Below, in pieces: positions 12,653-24,864 of a DNA stretch of 64,000 nucleotides. How positions within the stretch are numbered: the stretch's first letter is position 1; every line of letters begins with the position of its first letter. The notes under the pieces are model-generated. The model was given only the letters and a program-made list of their open reading frames with translations. It had not been told where the DNA came from and ran no database searches. The stretch lies in NCBI GenBank assembly GCA_965235115.1, contig OZ249439.1, positions 12,710,001-12,774,000 of the forward strand, read 5' to 3'. This DNA comes from Laetmonice hystrix. Taxonomy: Eukaryota. A program made the translations under genes and the position numbers.

Positions 12653-12876
12653 CTACACCAATGTAAAACAAAACTTTAGGCAGGGCTACACCAATGTAAA
12701 ACAAAACGTTAGGCAGGGCTACACCAATGTAAAACAAAACGTTAGGCAGGGCTACACCAATGTAAAACAAAACGTTAGGCAGGGCTACACCAATGTAAAA
12801 CAAAACGTTAGGCAGGGCTACACCAATGTAAAACAAAACGTTAGGCAGGGCTACACCAATGTAAAACAAAACGTTA
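12645..12876. repeat. 33-bp tandem repeat x7 containing the exon 5 splice acceptor
   Basis: Unit aggcagggctacaccaatgtaaaacaaaacgtt starts at 12645, 12678, 12711, 12744, 12777, 12810 and 12843. Confidence 0.95.
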
Positions 12877-13070
12877 AGCACAAAAAGTTTATCACTCCAG
12901 AGGCCTTTTATGTTGCATAATAAATTGAAATTTTGATTACCTTTCAGTGATCACAAAATGCCATTTCCATCAAGAAAAACGATCAAGGTTCACCCACGCT
13001 GTATCAAAGTACAGGTGTGTAGATATCACAAACAGTGGACAGGTGTGTGGACAATGCCATCTGTACCTAC

Positions 13071-13152
13071 CTGGGTACACCAATCTCCCTCTTGAAGCTG
13101 CGCGTTCGCTGAGCGCCGAATATGAAATACGGTTCTCCCGGCTGTACAGGGG
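13071..13152 (-). CDS. GAB: GAB/DOS exon 4 (82 nt)
   Basis: tttcAG| ... |GTAGGT, phase 1 in and phase 2 out, bridging exons 3 and 5 exactly. Encodes PVQPGEPYFIFGAQRTRSFKREIGVP. Confidence 0.8.
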
Positions 13153-13490
13153 CTGAAAGGACATGAGAGAGGAGGATATCAGCACCAACCACAACCACAC
13201 ATTTCTTGGTGCCGTTTCGTCTGTATATGTTTCTCAAACCATCTAACCTGACATAAAGAGTTAGGACTAAATACGTTTAGCACCGACTAAATTGTTGGAA
13301 ATGCACATCTCCACGGCCTGTAGATTACCCTCAATTTAAATAAGGCATCTACCCTTTCCACGTCCTTTACTTTTTCTCTTATTTTCCAGGATTTCCAGGC
13401 CTGGATTTTGCAAGTCTACAAGTTGATGACTTTCGGTGATTTCTAATAATGGTATAAACCACATTGGAAGACAATGTGTGTAATACTCAC

Positions 13491-15107
13491 TGGGTGTTGG
13501 GGTACTGGCTGGGGTAAGTCTGGGAGGTTGTGCTGTGCGAACCGGGTATGCCAGCACGGGTTTGTTGGACGGTGGGGACTGGTAAATACCAGTGTCGTCA
13601 TTCATGCACGTATACACAGAACTAGAGCTAGCCCGGTCGCCAGATCCCATCGGCATGTAATTTTCATCGTAACTTTGTTGCATAGGCATGTAGTTTTCGT
13701 CCTGCTGTTGTCCCATTGGGAGATAGACGTCGGATCCGGGCCTCATGGGCATGTAGACATCAGTACCAGGCCTCATGGGCAGGTAAAGATCACTGTCATT
13801 CTGCATGGGCAGGTAGGTGCTGCCCGCGCCCCCTGCCCGTTCCATGGGCAGGTAGCTCTCCTGCTGGTTCCGGTCGCCAGTCTGTAACGGTACATTCTGC
13901 TGACCCATCGGCATGTAACTATCCTGCTGCTGCGCGTAGCCACCAGGTGGCGGGACAAGCATGGAAGTGGTGCTAGACACACTGCTACTGGGTGTGTTCA
14001 CGTACTCGTGTTTTTTAGGTTTAATGGGGAGAGCATGGGCGGGCGGTGGAGGAGAAAGTCCGAGGATCTCAGCCTCGCTCGGTCGCCTCGTGGGAACGTC
14101 ATAGGTTGAGTCTGTCATGGCTGGAACTGGTACAGAGGCGTTAGCATGGTTAACATGCCGCTGGCCTCCAGGAGTTGGGTACCCGGGATGGGCCTTGCTA
14201 TTTGGGGGTAAGTTGATATAAGGGGTAGCCCCTGTCGTGCACGCAGGAGCAGGGGGTACGCTCTCAAGGAGGCTATTCTCTGACTGGGCTTTTCTGGGTA
14301 CTGTTGTCTTGCTGACCCCCGAGCGGCCCTGTAATGTGCTAGAGTGTAAATCGCGGGAGAGCTTGTCCATTTGATCGAGCTCACCACTATACCTGCGCGG
14401 CGGCGGGGCATGGTCGTACGTCTCCTCAGAGCTGTACGCCGAGTCGTGCTTGTTGGATCCTCGACTCCCATTAGAAGAGTTGGAGTCACGCTTGGATGAA
14501 TGGCGGTTGTCACGCATCACTGGCTGGGCAACCGGTGGGACACTGTAGAGAAGGTCCTGGGACTGGGGCGGCTTGCCGTGTGACGGTGGAACCTGGTAAG
14601 TGCTGTCCATGTGAGGGCGTGACTTGAGCACCTTGTAGGTGCCGTCGTCCTCAGCCAAGTTCTCTATGTTCACATACGGCCTTGGGCTGTCGTAAGTCCT
14701 CGAGACGTCGTGAAGGGTCTCGTTACGGGGCTGGTGGGTTTTGTGAGGGGGTGGTGGAGGGGGCATCTCCGGGATGCTGTCCACACTATCCCGCTGTTTT
14801 CGGGGGGCCGGGGGCACTCTATTAAGCGGGGGAGTACCTTGCGCAGTGTTACTGGCATGTTTAGGACAGTGCGTATGATTGCCGCTTGCCCGGCTACGGT
14901 CCTTACGACTGCCTGCGATCGACCTGCCCTCATCACTGTAGCATTCGGAGAGAGCTGTGTAGGATTCTGTTTGCGAGGGCCGCCTCACAAAGTCCGTCAC
15001 CACCGGGGTGTCCGACTCCCTGGTATCGACGTCAGTGTAGCGTGGTGTCTGGTGACTAACCACGGGAGACGCCAGTGAGGGAGCTGGCTGGACGGGCCAC
15101 TCATCAT
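13491..15107 (-). CDS. GAB: GAB/DOS exon 3 (1617 nt): Pro-rich region with YxxP, YxN and YxxM docking motifs
   Basis: Core of the 625-aa ORF, bounded by ccactgtAG| and |GTGAGT. Contains many tyrosine motifs (YDSP, YQVP, YSVP, YDVP, YVNI, YINL, nine YxxM) typical of GAB/DOS scaffolds. Confidence 0.9.
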
Positions 15108-15403
15108 CTACAGTGGACACAATGAACTCTCCATCAACACCAAGGTAAAAACAATGTGCCAGAACACAACATGACATATCACATGTCAATTCCCCATAAT
15201 AAAAACAAAACACAATATTCTTTCTGCTGCTCGACTGATTATCTTTATACTTTGTGAATATTTACATTGCCAGGCACCTAAATGACCTCTCTCATGTTGA
15301 CATCCCTATGAACGGAGCAAGGAGGTTTGAACCCTGTGTATTATATAGCAGTACGAGACGGAGAGGGAGAGATTGAGATGTGTAAGAGGGTTGAGGTACT
15401 GAC

Positions 15404-15716
15404 CGACTTCGCTGGGATCAGGCTTGAGGCCGCACACCTTCCGCAGACACTCCACCCACCGGTTCATGTCGTCCTCCACGTCCGCCGCCAGGTAGTACGT
15501 CCTGTTGCGCCCCCTATGTTTGGAGCGGAGTGCGAAGAGATACTTATAGTGGTACGTATCAAGGGATTGGATGATCTCCTCGCATTGATCCAGGTCTATG
15601 CTGCCCTTTTTCTTAGTCAGCCGCTGGTTGTCATAGTACTCCAGCAGTCCACAGGACCCTGGCAGACTGGACGACGCTGGGGGCACGTGAAGAACAAAGA
15701 AACGCTTTCGCCATTT
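15404..15716 (-). CDS. GAB: GAB/DOS exon 2, main part of the PH domain
   Basis: KWRKRFFVL...LEYY...KKKGSIDLDQCEEI...RTYYLAADVEDDMNRWVECLRKVCG is a GAB-type PH domain. Boundaries tttcAG| (phase 0) and g|GTCAGT (phase 1). Confidence 0.93.
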
Positions 15717-15849
15717 CTGAAACATAGAAAGTACAGATTATTAGGGTTAGCGAAAAGTGTCACTTCGAGAACCACCTTGCAATTAAGATGATTTTGGCAC
15801 TGACATTTCAATAGAAATTTTTACCTCATCTCTCTATAATCCTCGTATA

Positions 15850-16210
15850 CAGGGAGAGTCAAATCATCATGTGTCATCATCAAGACACCCAGTCAACACT
15901 GAGTGAGGGTAGAGTCAAGTTAATATGTTCTCATCAAGTCAAGATAATCATAACCCAGTCAACTCAGGGTGAGAAAAGTCATGATGTGTGCATCAAGTCA
16001 ACACGTGTTGAGGGTAAAGCCAAATCATGATGTGTGAATCAAGTCAACACAGGGTAAAGCAAGTCACAAAATGTGTGCATCAAGTCAAGACAACCAAGTC
16101 AACACATGAAGAACAAATCATGATGTGTACGTCAAGTTAGGCGGACCAAGTGAACACACGGGGGAGCAAGTCACGATATGTGCATCAACAAGTCAAGTGA
16201 TGCTGACACA
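15850..16210. repeat. Degenerate ~40-45 bp repeat rich in catcaagtcaa
   Basis: At least five recognisable atgtgtgcatcaagtcaa-type motifs in 360 bp. Confidence 0.6.
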
Positions 16211-17329
16211 GCTGTTCGCAGAAAGTGTGTCAACGCTGACACTGCTCTGACACGATTCGTTCCCCTATACCCCCAACCCACCCACAGTCCCGTTAACCCA
16301 CATTTCCAATCCACAGGGAACTTCATGTCTCCTCCAATTAACCCAAACATTATAACAGCGTTTGCACCGCACAATTTCATACTTTTACCAATAAGAGGTT
16401 ACGACCACCCGTGGGTAACGTTTTCGAAAGGTCCGCGCTGGAAAGGCTTCTTCTCAAAAGCTTTTCTCCTCACCAAACCGAGAAATAGGGACCTCAGTTC
16501 AAGGAGCTTTATTTTTGTTATTCAGAGCTAACACAGACCAAAGGCTACCGTGCTTCCTAGACCAGAGTCTAAATTATAGATTGAGCTGACTAAAAGTCAC
16601 TTCTAATAGAGCAGAAAGAAAACTGTAGAAAAAACCCCAGGTCGATACATGCAGTAAACCTCATCAGCGAAATGAACGGCTTGCCACCAGCAAGCCGCTA
16701 AATATGTCCACCAGAAGGCATTAAGAAATCCATTAATCATGAAGTGTTCATCTCCCTAAGACGTTTTCTCCCGGGGGAGGGAGACGATGAGGGAGCGACT
16801 GTCAGAACTTTCTGGCTCCCCTTGATACCAAACTAACTAGCTTTACTTCCAGTCTGAAATAACACTGAAACTTTCGCTTTCCAATTGGTATCTATTGTTA
16901 ACCGAAGTGTACTGAACCGAAGACGTGCTGGATATATCACAGAGACACTAGGTTCCCTAACCAATTAAAATTAATTAGTCACAGAGGAGATGGTGGGCAT
17001 TACCTGAAAACAGTTGAAAAACATGACGGGCCCGGTAATATACAAGGCCTTACACGCGCTCGCGGTATGTGAAGGGAGGGCTATGATATCGTTTACTGCA
17101 CACAATAACCTCCATACTCCTCAATACCCTTGTTCATTAAAACACTCTGAAAGTAAAAAGACGTATCTGTTTTCCATATTTGTGATCAGCATTTTTCCCA
17201 ATAATATGTCGAAGCGATTGCAAACAGCGCCATGCACTGTGTGATAGAACTGGTAGCGCCCCCTGGGGTCAATTATATTACACCAATAATCTCGGCTACT
17301 ATTTCTTTCCAGGCAGGGGCCTGTCTTAC

Positions 17330-17367
17330 CATAGAGTCTATATTGAATGTTCAATATAGACTCTATG
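17330..17367. mobile_element. 38-bp perfect palindromic micro-element with 7-bp TSD
   Basis: catagagtctatattgaa-tg-ttcaatatagactctatg, flanked by identical gtcttac at 17323-17329 and 17368-17374. Confidence 0.65.
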
Positions 17368-19680
17368 GTCTTACTAAGGTCTGGTTAATTAACGATATCG
17401 TTAACTTCAATAGGAATGCACAAGAGTCCCTGGTTAATAACGATCCCGTTAACCAGAGGCCTCCCATTCACGGCCAGGGCAAATCTAACTATATGGTTTA
17501 AAATAACCAGAACTTAGTATAGACAGACCCCTGGTCACAATATTTTATACGTGATTCCACGCTTGTATGAAGTACATTATCAAATCCGGTGCATGCAGTC
17601 CTTCCTAATAAATTTCAGGAATGTCTACACTTGTTAAACAGACATTAGGTCCACTTGTCTTGCATGCCACAACAGGGAATGCAAAAACAGACTACAGACA
17701 CCAGGCAATTGAGAGGGAGGAACTCTCGTAAAATAAGTTAAACAGCAACACATTGTGTATTTATCATTCCTTAGTTCACAGTAGGTCTGTGCCTAGAATG
17801 GTTTCAAACTGTGGGAGGTTAGATGGAGAGGTAGATAGCATGCATTTCTCGGACTCGCCCTGGCTTGGGGATTCACAGATGATACTCCATGTTGTTGGAA
17901 CTTCTAGGACTGGTGTTGAGCAAGGATTGAGCTGGGGTCAAGCCAAACTTAGCAGGTCTGCGGTCCAACAATGATTATTGGCAGGTCAACTGCATTTGCC
18001 AGGATTTGAAGGCTTTGTGTTCTGCTAGGTCTTACCTACTGCAGGACTGACAGGTCCTATGTATTTACGATATCCGACCTTTCTCTTTTCTCCCCAGCCA
18101 ACCAGCAGTCCCAGAGGACCCCCTGACGTGGGAAGGACCACCGCCTCCTGTAATTTCGGACTTAGGACAGCAAGCTGCGTTACATACCACAGACACTGCA
18201 CCAACTATAAGCATATATTTATGAGGACCGCAATTAATTTAGCATTTGCAGTATCTGAAAATTAAGATGCAGCTGCAACCACTTTAACCGTTCGAGAGAG
18301 AAAAAATTACTAAATGAAATACAGAAAAAGGGGGGAAATTAGGCATTACTACAAGTTGAGAACTAATCAAGCCAGATAAATGTTCACTAATGGCATGACT
18401 ACACTATGGACGTAATTACAAAAACATCAACGCCATTATCTGTTGAATGCTGATGAGAGGGTGGCGGTAGCATTAGACAGCGCTTTACAGCTGGCTCATC
18501 AGGGTAGCCGACTATTCGCCCCTCTTTTAGCTACCCCAGCCCACCCCTACATATCTGGGGGCGGGGGAGCTTGGAGGGGGCGGGTCACAGACGTTCTACT
18601 GTTTTCCCTGCTGGTAGGAAGTTCCACGCACTGTTAGCTCCTATGCTGAACTTTTCGTTTCTCTTGGGGCGTGAAATAATCTATTGTAATTAGAAAGCTG
18701 AAGCTGATCATCTAATGGAATTACAACACCACAAAAATGAGCGTTGTTTTTGACACCGCTTGGAAGGAGCGGGATTCTATGGCTTACAATCTAAGCTATA
18801 CGTATGTAATAAAAAGCGTCCTAACTTGCCGTAATATTGGTTCTTTATCCCTCAGTGTCTGATGGACAAAATTACGGTCACGCATGACTAACTCCGTTAA
18901 TTCAATAGTCGTCCTGGTTATAAATCATGTATCTGTGTCAGACCAACGCAGCAACAACTGAAACGCCCAGCCCTGTGTTCTATCCCTAACAACGCAGGAT
19001 CAGTTTTCAGGGATGACCTAAATTTCTCCAACATGTAGAACGTCATATGATGTTGAAAAACGTCGTTAAAATGGTCCAAGTATCCATGTATCCGTCATGT
19101 GTATGTAGTAGGACATGAATGCTTGGAAGATTTACTGCTCTCCTTCCGTCCAGAAAAATGTAAACAAAATCAAATGCAGCATTTGATCTTACAATGTTTA
19201 CGTTTTAACTCTCAGCCTGACTTCCAAGATGGGTATGCCAGAACATGTACTGGAAAGTCAGTACAATTGTAACTTCTATTGCTACTTGGAACTTGAACCA
19301 CCAGCAACCTGAACCACTCTTTACCAAATCATTCTGTTTGTCGCCGGGCACATTTCCCCGAACTGACGAGTAGCCGATTGACTTTGACGATCACCCTACA
19401 TTAATACAGCAACACTTCCCGGAACTGTTTGTACCCGAGTGGTCGGGTGATATAAGGTGTTGGAGACCAGACTGCCCGCTGAGAGGCTGTGGGTGATATT
19501 GCCATTGGGTGGTAGTTTTCTACGGATAAGTTGTCATACTCCAGTAGGATTAACTGTCTAACTACAAGGTTTGAAACAGCCCTCATGTCTGAGTACCTTA
19601 TTGATTTAAAGGTTTGGTACGGATATTCCACAACTGAAATCTAAGATAACCAGCACATCTCTCTAGCAAGAATTGTGCAA

Positions 19681-19980
19681 AATTTCTTCTATAACCTCTG
19701 TCCTGTTTCTTATACTTGGGTATGTGTTGATTGGTGGGAAATTTTTTTCTATAACCTCTGTCCTGTTTCTTATACTTGGGTATGTGTTGATTGGTGGGAA
19801 AATTTCTTCTATATCCTCTGTCCTGTTTCTTATACTTGGGTATGTGTTGATTGGTGGGAAAATTTCTTCTATATCCTCTGTCCTGTTTCTTATACTTAGG
19901 TATGTGTTGATTGGTGGGAAATATTCTTCTATACCCTCTGTCCTGTTTCTTATACTTGGGTATGTGTTGATTGGTGGGAA
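19681..19980. repeat. 60-bp tandem repeat x5
   Basis: Five near-identical consecutive 60-nt units (aatttcttctataacctctgtcctg...gattggtgggaa). Confidence 0.95.
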
Positions 19981-21221
19981 AGTGGAATGTTTTCGTATCA
20001 GGCGGGGTTGTCTATTAAAATGGTTACGTTGACATCAAGAAGGAAATGCATTTACTTGAATGACAGCCAAAACCGAAGTACATGTACAGTTAGGTTTCCA
20101 TGTCATGGCATGCCCTCAACCGGACTAGTTTCAAGGCCAGCCAGTCACTTGACCCGAGAAGCGGTCAATAAGTAGGTCAGCCACGGTAGATTGGTCAGCT
20201 GAGAGCCGGTCCATGTGCTCCAGCTGACCCCTCCCTCTCTCCTCCTCCTCCCCTCCTCCAGTGGTGGCTCAACGCAGGCCCAGTCACAACGACAACCTGG
20301 CCGCACGCCTGTCCACCAAAGTTGATTTGGAATATTTTTAATTCATGCTGCAGGTCATTTTTCCCACGCTAGTCATGGTCCATAACCTAAATAAACAACT
20401 GGTATAAAAACCCCTTGCTGTTTTCCATGAACTACTTATGACAGAAATTAGCATTTCAATGTAAAAGTGCCTTGTTATTGCCGGCCGTGACTGTACCAGC
20501 TTTCATATATCACTGAGATAATGACAACTTTAAGGCAGGCCATGAGACCCCCTCAGTCTCCCCAAACGTATCATTAATACATTATGCCTTCCTTACAAAC
20601 CTATATCAGGTAGTTGCTGCAAGTGGTTGAACCTGGTTTCATTAAAAACATTGGTGTCTGTAACACTGAATTCCATTACGTGGACCGGGAGGGGGGGGGG
20701 GGGGTATCCTCATCTGGAGAGTTTCACGCCCATACTTAGGGAGTCCCGACAGCCTCAGGCATTGCCATGGTAACGTAGCTGGGGGTCAGGAGGTAGTCCT
20801 CGACGACAGCCCCCACAGGCAATACGCGTTTCCACTGCGGGCAGGCACAAGCTATCACTGCCTTATTTATGGCCACTTGCAGGCATCTGAAGCTCTATGC
20901 CAAGCTCTTCTCAATACTGGGCCTGGCCAACTCAAACCAAACAAATCGTCGATTCACACGTCCACCTCAACATATATATATACTCGAGTATCCAGGCCCT
21001 CCCTTTCACACCGTCCCTCCGAGCAAAACCACTTCCTGAGAACTCAGACATATTCACATATGTATGGTTAGCTGTTTTAGAATCTGTGCTAAGCTCAGCT
21101 TGAAGTCTACTCAGTTTGTATGCTTTCAAATAAAAAAACATACAATTTTACGAATAAAAAAATGCGATAATCAGAATATTCATGGGGATGCCAAGTGAAG
21201 AGTACACTTAACTGCTTCCTT

Positions 21222-21373
21222 TCAGGTCTGTCAATCTTACCAATATAACTAAGTGAATATCAGCACGCCTCCACCCCCCACCACGACCATGCTGATATCA
21301 GGTCTGTCAATCTTACCAATATAACTAAGTGAATATCAGCACGCCTCCACCCCCCACCACGACCATGCTGATA
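21222..21373. repeat. 76-bp perfect tandem duplication
   Basis: tcaggtctgtcaatc...gaccatgctgata starts at 21222 and again at 21298. Confidence 0.9.
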
Positions 21374-22031
21374 TACAGTAAACTCCTGAAATAAGTGAAA
21401 ACAATACTTCCTTACCTCGTGAGATAAGCCCATGTACTAGCCCGATGACAATATCTTTATGTAACTCTCCAATATCGTAATATTCAGAATAGAGTCTACC
21501 TAGAGGTTTGATATTTTGGGGGCCTGGAATCTTCGGGAGCTTTACAGTCCACGATGTTGGAGAGCTAACTTCCAGCTGAGTACAATGCATCTTTTCTAGT
21601 TACTGAAGACATCTTGAAAGATTAACTAGATCCCAATTCAAGACTTCTTCTTCACTTTCTGATTGTTAACTGGCTATTGAGACGGCCTCCTCTCTGTACG
21701 AATAGCCTAATGTTTCCGTGTGTGGTCAGCTGCTGTCCTGCATGCCGTCATATTTAAATGAGACCCGCTCCATCACAATTACGATTATATGACAACGGCC
21801 TGATCCAGGTACTACTAATAACCGGGTAAATTACTGTCGTACATTCACTCATTCAGGCCTAATTCTTCAGTTCCCTGAAGGGAGAGTACCGTTATAAGTG
21901 TGCAGTCATCTCAAACCATATATATTGATGTATGATTACCAATCTGGCACGCCTGGCTCGACACACCCAAATGCACCGTTGAAGGCAGTGATTGGAGGTC
22001 AGTGGATTATAGATAAATTTTAATCAACAGT

Positions 22032-22673
22032 CATGACCAGATAAGGCTATTACCCCATAGACCACACTGTGGCCTTACGGTCTGGTGATCGTGGGGTGGG
22101 GTCAGTCTCCCCAACCCTCCAGCCCCACTCCGTGACGGGGTGAAGTCCATAGACCACACTGTGTCCTTACGGTCTGGTGATCGTGGGGTGGGGTCAGTCT
22201 CCCCAACCCTCCAGTCCCACTCCGTGACGGGGTGAAGTCCATAGACCACACTGTGTCCTTACGGTCTGGTGATCGTGGGGTGGGGTCAGTCTCCCCAACC
22301 CTCCAGCCCCACTCCGTGATGGGGTGAAGTCATGATCAGATAAGACTATTACCCCATAGACCACACTGTGTCCTTACGGTCTGGTGATCGTGGGGTGGGG
22401 TCAGTCTCCCCAACCCTCCAGCCCCACCCCGTGACGGGGTGAAGTAATGACCAGATAAGGCTATTACCCCATAGACCACACTGTGTCCTTACGGTCTGGT
22501 GATCGTGGGGTGGGGTCAGTCTCCCCAACCCTCCAGCCCCACTCCGTGACGGGGTGAAGTAATGACCAGATAAGGTTATTACCCCATAGACCACACTGTG
22601 TCCTTACGGTCTGGTGATCGTGGGGGTGGGGTCAGTCTCCCCAACCCTCCAGCCCCACCCCGTGACGGGGTGA
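22032..22673. repeat. Satellite of 92/115-bp units x6
   Basis: 92-bp core ccatagaccacactgtg...gtgacggggtgaagt with an optional ~23-bp spacer (aatgaccagataaggctattacc). Periods of 92 (22147 to 22239) and 115 (22446 to 22561) were measured. Confidence 0.92.
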
Positions 22674-24801
22674 GGCCAGGTTTTCCCCACCCACTCCACC
22701 CGCCGGTCTGAGACAGACCTACAAGCCGACTGACAGGGATGAGCATCCCTTGCCACAGCTGACGGCCACGAGTGGGTGGGTGCCGTCACCGTCAGTCGCG
22801 GTGCCAGGCAAGGCTCCGAACCTATCACTGCGTGACCTCGGTTCAAGTAACCTTGACCTGCCCTTGGAAATACTTCCAGGTCCACGACAGCAGCGGTTAA
22901 AAAATAGGGGCGTTCCTCATTGGCGAAATGTCGTTTGTAGAGTCAATTTTTAATGTACACTCAGTCATAAATTAATTACTTCAGCTGTAAATTATAGTAA
23001 TTTAGCGAAATCGCGGTCAAAAGCTACAGAGCCAAATTTTTTGTGGGGATAGTGCGCCAGAATGGACGCTGGTAAGCCGTGCCCATGGAAACCTGGGTTA
23101 ATGGCTCTTCTGGAAGATGACAATTAAATTTGGGTCAATATGGTCCCAACACCATTGTGTCGGCGGCCATGAAGCATTGGGGAAAAGGTCATGGAAAGAG
23201 GAGCATGCCTGCAGGTATTTCGTTCTCATCGTGGCGGCGGAGGTGTTGTCCGTCTCAATCCTACACCTGTATTGACGACAGCTCTGTCAGGTAAAAACAC
23301 ACTCAAAGCGTCCACTGCCAACCTCAAGCCTTCACAGTTCATTAGAAAAAAAAATCAATTTATATCAGAGTCTGAGCTAGTTTCGAGCATCAAGTGTTTG
23401 GCATCTATAACAAAACACCATGTTTGGCGCTGCTTACAAAGGCGCCTTTAGTGAAGCTGAAAGAGTCGGAGAAGTGGGAGCTGTAGGGTGGGACACTGTG
23501 GCGTCACCAGCATTAAGTTTGGCGGGGCCCGTGCCAGGTCTGAGGGCACAGCAACACGCATCGCCTCATCACGAATGATCAATGAAGCGGCCGCACCAAC
23601 AGGGTCATGCTGTTTTTTATTGGTTTCTTTTTTTCCGGGTAGGTTGGGAGGGGGCTGGGCTGACTTGCCTACGTCAGGCCGTGGGTGTGGGAGCACAAGA
23701 GCAGGGGTTGTTATGAGTTGTCCTGTGTCAGTGTGAGGGGGGGGGGTAAGTGGTGGTCTGCTTCCACGTGATCCCTACCACCTTGGTGACGGCCACTTTA
23801 GGGCACTGTACTCCGGTCGGACGTGTAAACGAAGTAACACTGGAGGGGGGGGGGGGGAGAGTGAGGAGCCGGTCCTGGGACTAAAGTCATCCGTCGTTGT
23901 AGGAATGAAACCTGCCATTGATTCACAGCAACCTGCCATTTGCTGAAAGACAGCGACTAGACTGGATATTGAGCAGTGCCTGAAATGCTACTTGCTGACT
24001 GCCACCTGCCACTGACTGACCGGCTCTCCAATGTCAAACGCCCTTCTCCCTTCTAAATGTGACCTGCCACTACAATTAAAGCTGTTCATGCAACCCAGAA
24101 ATAAATGAACGCAACATATCGGCATTCTAGATACCCAAACCAAACAGTAAAGGCGGTTTGAAAAGTAGCTGGCATAACCATGGCCCCTCCCTGGGGGCGT
24201 TCAAACCAGGATTGTAGGCTCGGGGGGAGGGGGGGGGGGCTCACCTTGATAGAGGGTGCAGGGGGAAGGCACCCTTACCCCCTGATCCTTATGGAGCACC
24301 CCTTCAATCCACTCGCTCGTTGCCCGACCGTTTAAAGTGTTGCCGATATTCCGTGCCACTCCTCAGTAACTCCGCCTCAGTACAACAGACTCGAAGCCTT
24401 TTGTTTACTTGGCTGTGAATGTGCACGGGAGAGCCTCACTCAGACTGGGTCATGCGACCGAGGTGGTTCCGCAACCGTCCGCCTCATCTTGGGTCGATCC
24501 CGGCAGCATCCCGGAGGTGGGCGGCGGTCACCGGACCCTGTCCGCCGGTCCACACTCAGTCAGGTACTCCCGCTGCTGACGCTACTGCTGCTGTAATCAT
24601 GGGATCCTGTCACAGACAGATCACAACATCATCACAGTCCGGGGTAGTGGTTCTCGGAGGCTGGGGCGCGTTAACTAGGCCAACCTCTCCATCCTTCAGT
24701 CTGCCCGGGTCGGTGGGGCGGTCGGTCGCAGCAGTCAATGAGCGCACCCCTTCCCACCAACAGACCGCGGTGCCCGGCCTGCTTCCAACTAGACCAACTT
24801 A

Positions 24802-24864
24802 GCCACACCCCTCACGCTTCTAGCCAATCAGACGCCGCGACGAGCCGCAGGTGACCTTTGACCT
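24802..24864. promoter_or_regulatory. Intronic CpG-rich motif cluster (KLF/Sp box, CCAAT, nuclear-receptor DR1)
   Basis: gccacaccc 24802-24810, CCAAT 24824-24828 and perfect DR1 TGACCTTTGACCT 24852-24864, inside a CpG-rich island. Confidence 0.4.

Noticed and set aside
12555-12920. Repetitive ORFs RQGYTNVKQNV / LPNVLFYIGVA
   Set aside because: By-products of the 33-bp intronic array; not in the GAB reading frame.
13336-15213. 625-aa ORF taken as a stand-alone gene
   Set aside because: Its ends run into introns. The coding part is 15107-13491, defined by splice sites whose phases match the neighbouring exons.
13474-15791. Plus-strand ORFs overlapping GAB exons 2-3
   Set aside because: Antisense shadows of GC-rich coding sequence, with no domain features.
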